Below, piece after piece: positions 57,182-64,000 of a stretch of DNA of 64,000 nucleotides (position 1 is the stretch's first letter; each line of letters opens with the position of its first letter). The stretch lies in the NCBI GenBank assembly GCA_041390145.1, contig JAWKQM010000003.1, positions 24,148 to 88,147 of the forward strand, in the 5' to 3' direction. Made by a program: the position numbers and the translations under genes. The notes under the pieces are model-generated. The model was not told where the DNA came from. It searched no databases and was given only the letters and a program-made list of their open reading frames with translations. The stretch is from Gemmatimonadales bacterium. GTDB taxonomy: Bacteria; Gemmatimonadota; Gemmatimonadetes; Gemmatimonadales; GWC2-71-9.

Positions 57182-58360
57182 CTACTCCGCCACCAGCTTG
57201 TACACCCGCCCGCTCGCCATCGCGATATACACCTCGCCATGCGCATCCTCGCCGAAGCCGGCCACATTGTCCGCGGGAATCGCCGGGCTCCAGACGGTCA
57301 CGTCGCTGACGGTACCGGTCGAGGATCCGTGTCATGCCGCGGAAGGTATTCCGCAGAAGTCGCCGCAGAGATAAATCCCCGTCGCCCCGGAATCGCGGAG
57401 CCCCGGTACACACACCGCCGGATGACCGAACACCCGTCGGCATGGGAGTAGGCGTAGAGCGGCGCGGTCAGTCCCGCCGATGGGCAATCCGTTGCCGGAA
57501 TCCAGCAGTCGTTCCCCGCGATACGGCCATCCGTAGTTGAGCCCGCCCACGCCGGCGCGCGAGAAGTTGGATCTCCTCCTGCTGTCCTCACCCACGTCTC
57601 CCCACCAGAGATCGCCGGTCTGCCGGTCCACGCTCCAGCGGTAGGATTACGCAGACCCAGGTGGTAGATCTCCCGCGCCATCCCGGACGCCTAATGAATG
57701 GATTGTCGCCCGGAATGCCATAGGTGTCGCGCCATCGACGCTGATGCGGAGCATCTTGCCAGCGATGACGTGCTGTCCTGAGCCGGGCTGGTCAGGACGG
57801 CACCGGTCTCTCCATCGCCGGTGGCGAGCAGACCGTCCTTCCGAACGTCACCGTGCCGCCGTAGTGGATGGCATAGCTTGGCTGGGAGAACTGGAGGATG
57901 GTACGCACGGGGACCGGGCTGGCGTGGTCGAAGCTCGCCGAGGCGGTCAGCTCGATCAGCCGCGTGTCCTCGTTCTGGTCGATCAGGTAAGCGAAGAGCC
58001 GTCGGTTGGTGGTGGCGTATTGCGGGTGAAAGGCGATGCTGAGCACGCCGTATTCGCGCGCCACACCGGGGACGCCGGTGAGGGCCTGACAGGTTCACGA
58101 ACGCGGAATCGACACGCACGCCGTTCTTCCGAGCATGACGCGCCCTCCTGTTCCAGGCCATGAGCCGGCCGGGTGTCGCCGAGGGCGATGACCTGGATTG
58201 AAGTCGTAGCCGCTGCTGTCGATCGCCGCCAGCGTCAGGTCGGCTGTAGGGCGGGGCGGAGGGCCCCTGACGCGTCGCTCGCACAACCGGCCGCGACCCG
58301 AGCAGGATGGGAGGGCAAGGCGAATGGCGTGGTCGAACGGGGCACGTGATCCTGCCGACA
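57182..58360 (-). pseudogene. PQQ-dependent soluble sugar (glucose/sorbosone) dehydrogenase, disrupted many times by frameshifts and stops.
   Basis: Family motifs are scattered over all three minus-strand frames: 'EYGVLSIAFHPQYATTNRRLFAY', 'HYGGTVTFG', 'KDGLLATGDG', 'GKMLRISVDG', 'YGIPGDNPF', 'EIYHLGLRNP', 'DRQTGDLWWGDVGED', 'LNYGWPYRGE', 'APLYAYSHADGCSVI', 'GDFCG', 'FGEDAHGEVYIAMASGRVYKLVAE*'. Confidence 0.8.
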
Positions 58361-58488
58361 TTGCAACTCCTGCGACGTAGTTCTGGGAGCGCCCCTGGGC
58401 GCCGACGGAATCTAATGGGTGGGGCGGGGTGAAACCCCGCGCCCCCGGTGGGAGATTGCAAGGACCATTCCCCCTGCATGGACGGCCC

Positions 58489-59706
58489 ATGGACCTGCCA
58501 TTCTATTTCGGCGAAGAGCACCTCCAGGTGCGCGAGATGGTTCGCGACTTCGCCCAGACCGAAGTCGTGCCCGTCGCCAAGGAGCTCGACCGCACCTCCG
58601 AGTTCCTCTGGGACAACGTCGCGAAGATGGGGTCGCTCGGCCTGCTCGGCGTCCCCTGGCCCGAAGAGCTCGGCGGGGCGGGGATGGATCAGATCTCCTA
58701 CTACATCGTGCTCCATGAGCTCGCCAAGGTCGACGCCAGCCACGCCCTGACCATCAGCGCGCATACCAATCTCGGCACCTCCCCGATTGTCGAATTCGGC
58801 ACCCAGGCCCAGCGCGAGCGGTACGTTCCGCTCCTCGCCTCGGGCACGGTGCTCGGCGGGTTCGGCCTGACCGAGCCGGGTGCCGGCAGCGACGCGGGCG
58901 GCACCGCGACCACCGCCGTGGACAAGGGCGACCATTACGTCCTGAACGGCTCCAAGGTGTTCATCACCCACGCCGGCGTCGGGGAGATCTTCTCCGTCAC
59001 CGCGCGCACTTCGCCCGGGTCCGACCACCGCGGGATAACCAGCTTCATCGTCACCAAGGACACGGTGGACCTCGACCGGTGCCGTGCCCTCGGCGTCGGG
59101 CACGCGGAAGAGCTGCCGAAGACCAAGGGGCTGCGCGCGGGGAAGAAGGAAGACAAGATGGGGTGGCGCTCGTCCGACACCCGCGAGCTCATTCTCGAGG
59201 ATGCGATCGTCCCGAAGGAAAACGTGCTCGGCACCGTCGGCGAGGGCTTCGTCAACTTCCTCAAGACGCTGGATGCCGGCCGGATCGGCATCGCGGCCGT
59301 CTCCCTCGGCATCGCCGAGGGGGCGTATGAGGAGGCGCTCCGGTACGCCGCGGTCCGGAAGCAGTTTGGCAAGACCATCGCGAGCTTCCAGGGGATCAGT
59401 TTTCAGCTGGCGGACATGGCCACCGAGATCCAGGCCGGCACTCATCTCCTCTACCACGCCGCGTGGCTGAAGCAGAACGGCAAGCCGTTCAAGCAGGAGG
59501 CGGCCATGGCCAAGCTGTACTGCTCCGAACTGGCCATGCGGGCCACGACCAAGGCGGTGCAGATCTTCGGTGGGTACGGCTACACCACCGACTATCCGGT
59601 CGAGCGGATGATGCGCGACGCCAAGGTCTGTGAGATCGGGGAAGGGACCAGCGAAATCCAGCGTATCGTCATTGCCAGGAACATCTTGGCGGCGCTCCAG
59701 GCCTAG
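58489..59706 (+). CDS. Acyl-CoA dehydrogenase (short/branched-chain type).
   Basis: Trimmed to the ATG at 58489. '[16 protein letters not shown]' and '[35 protein letters not shown]'. Confidence 0.9.
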   Translation: MDLPFYFGEEHLQVREMVRDFAQTEVVPVAKELDRTSEFLWDNVAKMGSLGLLGVPWPEELGGAGMDQISYYIVLHELAKVDASHALTISAHTNLGTSPIVEFGTQAQRERYVPLLASGTVLGGFGLTEPGAGSDAGGTATTAVDKGDHYVLNGSKVFITHAGVGEIFSVTARTSPGSDHRGITSFIVTKDTVDLDRCRALGVGHAEELPKTKGLRAGKKEDKMGWRSSDTRELILEDAIVPKENVLGTVGEGFVNFLKTLDAGRIGIAAVSLGIAEGAYEEALRYAAVRKQFGKTIASFQGISFQLADMATEIQAGTHLLYHAAWLKQNGKPFKQEAAMAKLYCSELAMRATTKAVQIFGGYGYTTDYPVERMMRDAKVCEIGEGTSEIQRIVIARNILAALQA

Positions 59707-60152
59707 CAACCGCGGCGCTATTGCCCCAATCAGGGGCATGTCCTATGATTGTAACATGAAGTCGGCTTCACCTACTCCTATTGCTGTCATTTTCGCCTCC
59801 CGGGTCCGAGCCTGGGGGGCGACTGTGTTTGGTCTGATTTCTCGGTTGTCCGGGCTCACCCCATCCCACGAATGCCCCCTGCCGGTCGGTCCGGCGGGGC
59901 ACTCGGCGACGGGGAGCCCGGAATTGCATTTTCGTCGTTCTGATTTGCTGCCGGCGGGTTCCCCGCCTTCTGTCTTGTCCCACCTGAGTTCGATCCTCAC
60001 CCTCCACGCCGGGGCGGGCCTGCGGGCTGTCCGGCGTGGCCTGGGCGAGGGATGGTCGACCCTGTGGGATTCCCTCGTACTGATCGGTTCCGCCTTCGAC
60101 CGGGCCCTGCTGGGCCCTGCCGCTGCATGGCAGCCGATCGAGGTCTTCACGC
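59707..60152 (+). other. 446-nt non-coding region upstream of RNase E/G: probably a long structured 5' leader and/or an unrecognised small RNA.
   Basis: No ORF with convincing GC3. Multiple hairpins (GCCCC-aatca-GGGGC, GGCGGG-ttc-CCCGCC, GCTGC-atg-GCAGC). The 14-nt palindrome CTTCACGCGTGAAG (60145-60158) contains the GTG start. Confidence 0.35.
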
Positions 60153-61754
60153 GTGAAGCGCGAAATTCTTATCAATGGAGGCCGGCGGGAGACCCGCGTG
60201 GCCATCCTCGAGGACGATCGGCTCGTCGAGCTCCTCTACGATCGTCCTGATCAGCGCCGTTCCCTCGGCGACATCTATCTTGGCCGCGTCGACGCGGTGC
60301 TCCCCGGCATCCAGGCCGCCTTTGTAGACATCGGCCTGGAAAAGTCGGCGTTCCTCCACGCCTCCGACCTCCTCGAACCCGAGGAGGACGACGATCCCGA
60401 TGAGGACGATGTCGCGGATGTCCCCGAGACCGATGCCGCGGAAACATCCGCCGGCAACGGCCGGGACAAGGCCGCCCCTCGCCAGCGCGAGGTCGACCAC
60501 CGGGCCGCCGTCCCCGACATCTCGGAGCTCCTGAAGAAGGGGCAGACCATCCTGGTGCAGGTCACCAAGGAGCCGATCAGCACCAAGGGCTCCCGCGTGA
60601 CCGCGCAGATTTCCCTCCCCGGGCGCTTCCTTGTCTACATGCCCTTCGCCTCGCGCGTCGGCGTCAGCCGCAAGATCGAGAGCCGGGAGGCCCGGTCCAA
60701 GCTGCGCGAGATGGTGCGCAAGGCGCTGCCCGAGGACGCCGGTGGCGTCATCGTCCGCACGGTGGCCGAAGGGGTGACCGAGGAGCAGGTGACCAGGGAA
60801 ATCGAGTCCCTCCTCGCGCTCTGGAAGAAGATCAACCGGAAAAAGGGGTTCGTGAAGGCGCCGGCCCTGGTGCAGCGGGAGACGAGCCTGACGCGCGGGA
60901 TCATCCGGGATCTCTTCAGCGCCAAGGTCGACGCGCTCCACGTCGACTCGAAGGAGCTCTTCAACGAGGTGGAGCAGTACCTCGAGCAGGTCGACCCCGA
61001 CCTGCTGTCGCGGGTGCATCACTACACCGAGGACCAGCCCCTCTTCGACAAGTTCGACATCGAGTCGGAAATCCGGGACCTCTTCAAGCCGCGGTGCGAG
61101 CTTCCCACCGGCGGGTCGATCATCATCCAGCCGACCGAGGCGCTGGTCTCCATCGACGTGAACACCGGCCGGTACACCGGCAAGAAGGATCCCGAGAAGA
61201 CGATTCTTCGCACGAACATGGAGGCGGCCAAGGAAATCGCGCGGCAGCTCCGGTTGCGCGATGTCGGCGGCATCATCGTCTGTGACTTCATCGACATGGA
61301 CACCCGGTCCAACCGGGAAAAGGTGCTGCAGGAGCTGCGAACCCACCTGACCCGCGACCGGGCCCGAACCAAGGCCTTCGCCGTGTCGGAACTGGGCCTG
61401 ATCGAGATGACTCGCCAGCGGGTCCGCCCGTCCCTCTGGGCCTCCCAGACTACCGAGTGCCCCACCTGCGCCGGCAGCGGCCGGGTGTTCAAGCCCGAAA
61501 TCGTCACCCGGAGGCTGGAGCGCTCCCTCCGAAGGGCCGGCCACGAGCACCGGGAACGGCAGCTGGCGGTCCGGCTCCACCCCGAGGTGGCCATCTACCT
61601 GCTGGAGGAGGAGCCCAAGCTCCTCCAGGCCCTTATCCGGGCCACCGGCTTGGAGTTGGAGCTCCGGGACGATCCGATGATGCGCCTCGACGAGTTCCGG
61701 CTCATGAGCCGGCCGGCTGGCCGGGATGTAACGGAGCTTTACGCGGTCGCGTAG
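60153..61754 (+). CDS. rng: Rne/Rng-family ribonuclease (RNase G/E catalytic domain only) with an acidic insert.
   Basis: S1 domain 'GDIYLGRVDAVLPGIQAAFVDIG'. 'GGSIIIQPTEALVSIDVNTG' and 'GGIIVCDFIDM'. Zn-link 'CPTCAGSG'. Confidence 0.9.
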   Translation: MKREILINGGRRETRVAILEDDRLVELLYDRPDQRRSLGDIYLGRVDAVLPGIQAAFVDIGLEKSAFLHASDLLEPEEDDDPDEDDVADVPETDAAETSAGNGRDKAAPRQREVDHRAAVPDISELLKKGQTILVQVTKEPISTKGSRVTAQISLPGRFLVYMPFASRVGVSRKIESREARSKLREMVRKALPEDAGGVIVRTVAEGVTEEQVTREIESLLALWKKINRKKGFVKAPALVQRETSLTRGIIRDLFSAKVDALHVDSKELFNEVEQYLEQVDPDLLSRVHHYTEDQPLFDKFDIESEIRDLFKPRCELPTGGSIIIQPTEALVSIDVNTGRYTGKKDPEKTILRTNMEAAKEIARQLRLRDVGGIIVCDFIDMDTRSNREKVLQELRTHLTRDRARTKAFAVSELGLIEMTRQRVRPSLWASQTTECPTCAGSGRVFKPEIVTRRLERSLRRAGHEHRERQLAVRLHPEVAIYLLEEEPKLLQALIRATGLELELRDDPMMRLDEFRLMSRPAGRDVTELYAVA

Positions 61755-61804
61755 AGCGGCGGGGCAGGGGAGCAGTGGGGCGGGGAGGCAGGAGGGCCGG
61801 GCGC

Positions 61805-61833
61805 TTGACCTAACGCCTGCCCCCGGCTAGACT
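61805..61833 (+). promoter_or_regulatory. Candidate sigma70-type promoter for rplU-rpmA (TTGACC-17 nt-TAGACT).
   Basis: Read directly. It lies 44 nt upstream of the rplU ATG. Confidence 0.45.
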
Positions 61834-61876
61834 TCAGGGCTTGCAACGGAACCACCTTTTGGCAACGAGTTAAGTC

Positions 61877-62191
61877 ATGTACGCGATTTTCAAGGCGCTG
61901 GGCAAGCAGTTCCGTGCGGAGAAGGGCAAAGTCGTGCGCCTTCCCCTCATGGAAGCCGAGCCGGGCTCCAAGGTCACCTTCGACGAGGTGCTCCTCTCCT
62001 CCGACGGCACCACGGTCAAGGCCGGTACCCCGTTGGTCAAGGGCGCCAAGGTCACTGCCGAGGTGGTCGGCGACGGCAAGGAAAAGAAGATCTACGTCTT
62101 CAAGTTCAAGCGGCGGAAGGGCTATCGCCGGAAGACCGGTCACCGCCAGAAGTTCACGGAAGTCCTGATCACTGACGTCAAGGTAGGGTGA
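61877..62191 (+). CDS. rplU: 50S ribosomal protein L21.
   Basis: '[17 protein letters not shown]...[22 protein letters not shown]'. Confidence 0.97.
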   Translation: MYAIFKALGKQFRAEKGKVVRLPLMEAEPGSKVTFDEVLLSSDGTTVKAGTPLVKGAKVTAEVVGDGKEKKIYVFKFKRRKGYRRKTGHRQKFTEVLITDVKVG

Positions 62192-62198
62192 GGCTCTC

Positions 62199-62465
62199 AT
62201 GGCTCATAAAAAGGGCGTAGGCTCCAGCCGCAACGGCCGCAACAGCAATCCCCAGTATCTCGGCATCAAGAAGTTTGGTGGCGAGAACGTGATTGCCGGC
62301 AACATCCTGGTCCGCCAGCGGGGCACAGTCATCCATGCCGGCAAGAACGTCGGCCAGGGCACGGACGACACCCTCTTCGCCAAGGTCGACGGCGTGGTCA
62401 AGTTCGAGTACCGCGACAAGGGGCGGAAGAAGGTTTCGGTCTACCCGAAGGAAGCCACCGCGTAA
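62199..62465 (+). CDS. rpmA: 50S ribosomal protein L27.
   Basis: '[29 protein letters not shown]...VRQRGT..HAG.NVG.G.DDTLFA'. Confidence 0.97.
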   Translation: MAHKKGVGSSRNGRNSNPQYLGIKKFGGENVIAGNILVRQRGTVIHAGKNVGQGTDDTLFAKVDGVVKFEYRDKGRKKVSVYPKEATA

Positions 62466-62486
62466 GCCGGGCGGCTCCGATGACAA

Positions 62487-62523
62487 CGGGGGATGCGGCT
62501 GGCGCCGCATCCCCCTTATTATT
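62487..62523 (+). terminator. Rho-independent terminator after rpmA.
   Basis: An 11-bp perfect stem GGGGGATGCGG / CCGCATCCCCC with a 6-nt loop, followed by TTATTATT. Confidence 0.75.
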
Positions 62524-62611
62524 GCCCAGAACCCCCAGTCCAGGGTTCGAAATGAAACATTCCGGCCCTGTCGGCCGTCAGGTGCGCAGATCCCGAACAC
62601 GGAGAACCACC

Positions 62612-63004
62612 ATGTCATCCATCTTTTCCAAACTGAACACCGAACTCGAGAGCTTCGGCCGGCGCGCCAGCGCGGCGCTGGATGAGGGCCGCCTCCAGAT
62701 CGAGTTGCTTCGCGTCAAGCGGCGTCGCGACAATGCGGCCCGCGACCTCGGCATGATCGCCTATCATCGTGAGAAGGGTGTGGAGCAGGACCAGCGCCGG
62801 GTGGATGCCCTGGTCCTCAAGCTTGGCGACCTCGAGACGCAGATTGCCTCGATCGAGGCCCAGATCGCGACGCAGAAGGCGGTGGTGGTCTCCGTGACCG
62901 ACACGCCGGATGAAGCGGCGGAGGCTGCGGACGAGGTGGAGCTGGACGCCGAGGAGCCGATCATTGACGAAGCGGCGGCCGCCCCCCAGGGGGATGGGAG
63001 CTAG
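62612..63004 (+). CDS. Coiled-coil hypothetical protein with an acidic C-terminal tail.
   Basis: Trimmed to the ATG at 62612. Heptad-like 'LQIELLRVKRRRDNAARDLG...LGDLETQIASIEAQIATQKA'. C-terminal 'DEAAEAADEVELDAEEPIIDE'. Confidence 0.55.
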   Translation: MSSIFSKLNTELESFGRRASAALDEGRLQIELLRVKRRRDNAARDLGMIAYHREKGVEQDQRRVDALVLKLGDLETQIASIEAQIATQKAVVVSVTDTPDEAAEAADEVELDAEEPIIDEAAAAPQGDGS

Positions 63005-63007
63005 TCG

Positions 63008-63754
63008 CTACAGACCGCTGCTCGAGACCAGTTCGAACTTCAGGGGGGCGCCGCTCATCTCCACTTTCAGGACGGTGTGCGGCGCCCGCTTGAGAATCAG
63101 GAACTCGACGTCTGTCGCGCCCCCCGACAGGCGAACCCGGTAGGCATCGAAGGCGCCAGCTGGCACCATCGCCGTTTCCTCGCCCAGCACGTAGAGCACC
63201 ATCTCCGTCACCGAGTTCGTTCCCGCGCTGTACATCCAGAAGTTCCACCCCGCCCCTTTGGCCCACGGCAGGGAGGGAAGCAGCGCCTGCACTGAGTTGT
63301 CGTCCACCGTACCCGTTGGCACGGTGGTGTCGACGGTGAAGTGCTTCGGCCCGGTGGAGGTGACCGCGTCGACGGTGCCGGTCACCCGTCCATTCGCGTA
63401 GGCGATGTTGATGCCGCCGGGAGTGTCGCGCACCTTGCCCGACTGGGTCACCCGCCGCGGCTCACCGGACTTGGTCATTTCCACCGTGGTGATCTGCGAC
63501 ATGGCCGTGCCGATGGTGGTGTTCTCATGCGTCACGAAGCCGTCGCCCTGCTTCTCAATCCCCCAGACGCTGGTGCCCATCGGCTGATTGTTGACCAGCA
63601 CGGTCATGCTGTCCCGGTGCGGGATGAGCCGCTTCGCCTCCACGGGCAGGGGCCGCGCCAGTGAGGCATCGGCCGCCGGCGCCGGGTCCTGGGCATGGGC
63701 GGGCGCGGAGAGCGCGAGGGCAAGTGCGCCGAGGGCAGCGAGGGTGTGACGCAT
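63008..63754 (-). CDS. Secreted hypothetical protein.
   Basis: Trimmed to the ATG at 63754. Signal 'LAALGALALALSAPAHAQ'. Beta-rich. No family recognised. Confidence 0.55.
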   Translation of the reverse strand: MRHTLAALGALALALSAPAHAQDPAPAADASLARPLPVEAKRLIPHRDSMTVLVNNQPMGTSVWGIEKQGDGFVTHENTTIGTAMSQITTVEMTKSGEPRRVTQSGKVRDTPGGINIAYANGRVTGTVDAVTSTGPKHFTVDTTVPTGTVDDNSVQALLPSLPWAKGAGWNFWMYSAGTNSVTEMVLYVLGEETAMVPAGAFDAYRVRLSGGATDVEFLILKRAPHTVLKVEMSGAPLKFELVSSSGL

Positions 63755-63777
63755 CACGACAGGCTCCTGGTGGCGTT

Positions 63778-64000
63778 CAGCGAGTGAGAGTGGGAAAGAG
63801 CCGAAGGCTCGTCTCGGACAAAATAGCGCGCTGTACCTCGGGCGGCAGCGGCAGCGCACGGAAGGCGTCGAGGTTCTTGCGCAGGTCGTGGACGCCGGGA
63901 CTCGGCCAGTCGGTGCCCCAGATCGTCTTGTGGGAAATATCTGTCAGCCGGGGAAAGTACTCGAGGAGCCGCGCCGGCGGGATGCCGGACAGCTCCAGGA
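63778..64000 (-). CDS. C-terminal end of an amidohydrolase-2 (TIM-barrel metal hydrolase) family protein. The 5' part lies outside the window.
   Basis: My translation: '...IWGTDWPSPGVHDLRKNLDAFRALPLPPEVQRAILSETSLRLFPTLTR*'. Stop codon at 63778-63780. Confidence 0.6.

Noticed and set aside
57691-59739. 682-aa ORF on the minus strand.
   Set aside because: Most of it is antisense to the acyl-CoA dehydrogenase. Only its 3' end (about 57691-58100) overlaps genuine dehydrogenase-pseudogene fragments. It is not a real gene.
59848-59857. GTCCGGGCTC, which resembles the conserved GAGGAAAGUCCGGGCUC core of RNase P RNA.
   Set aside because: None of the other universally conserved RNase P segments is present in the 446-nt gap (for example the ACAGAA-CCGGCUUA-type 3' region). 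The gap also continues directly into the RNase E/G gene.
59984-60010. tRNA-like T-arm (CTGAG-TTCGATC-CTCAC) plus acceptor-like 3' strand.
   Set aside because: It is not a tRNA gene. No complementary 5' acceptor strand (GTGGAGG), D-arm or 7-nt anticodon loop is found in the preceding 80 nt. It is not tmRNA either, because there is no tag-peptide reading frame and no matching 5' end. It is kept only as a curiosity within the leader finding.
59756-60152. ATG-initiated ORF 'MKSASPTPIAVIFASRV...' inside the rng leader (part of ORF 59630..60250).
   Set aside because: Many T/A-ending codons make GC3 clearly lower than in neighbouring genes. The ORF runs out of frame into rng and has no SD and no recognisable family.
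62530-62560. GGTTCGAAAT segment downstream of the rpmA terminator that looks like a tRNA T-loop.
   Set aside because: No flanking T-stem pairing or acceptor stem can be drawn.
1-64000. Searched for rRNA, tRNA, CRISPR, prophage, integron, toxin-antitoxin and restriction-modification signatures.
   Set aside because: I could not recognise any by eye. Absence is limited by manual inspection, so small RNAs and short toxins could have been missed.

Overview
High-GC (roughly two-thirds G+C by eye), densely packed bacterial chromosome segment. No rRNA or tRNA genes, CRISPR arrays, transposases or integrases were seen. Two PadR-regulator / duplicated FtsX-type 'orphan' permease (ADOP) modules suggest Acidobacteriota or Gemmatimonadota; this is inference only. 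Recognisable core genes: aceB-aceA, rlmN, aspS, phoH-ybeY-CNNM-CNNM-mgtE, meaB plus a split B12 acyl-CoA mutase, an acyl-CoA carboxyltransferase, AtuA/DUF4387/crotonase, recQ, an acyl-CoA dehydrogenase, RNase E/G, and rplU-rpmA. The remainder is mostly small secreted, membrane or DUF-type proteins. The long Arg/Pro/Gly-rich ORFs antisense to these genes are treated as high-GC artefacts. Main leads: (1) a 390-aa eRF1/Pelota-like (baeRF1-type) protein with a GSQ loop lies between the catalytic and B12-binding halves of the mutase; (2) a roughly 1006-aa kinase / M23-like / class-III aminotransferase fusion has its frame broken once; (3) a stand-alone N2 domain of a GspE/PilB-type secretion ATPase has no ATPase core; (4) four stop/start-overlapping ORFs (208, 73, 50 and 36 aa) sit in an envelope-protein island; (5) both PadR genes carry a perfect inverted repeat whose 3' arm is the Shine-Dalgarno sequence, and one also has an AT-rich ATGT-N8-ACAT region upstream; (6) a PQQ-type sugar dehydrogenase is broken many times yet keeps its motifs, and two other genes each lack one nucleotide, so assembly error must be excluded; (7) two octamer tandem repeats, a rare-codon low-GC patch inside a gene, and a 446-nt leader before RNase E/G. 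All homology calls are motif recognition by eye; no searches were run.
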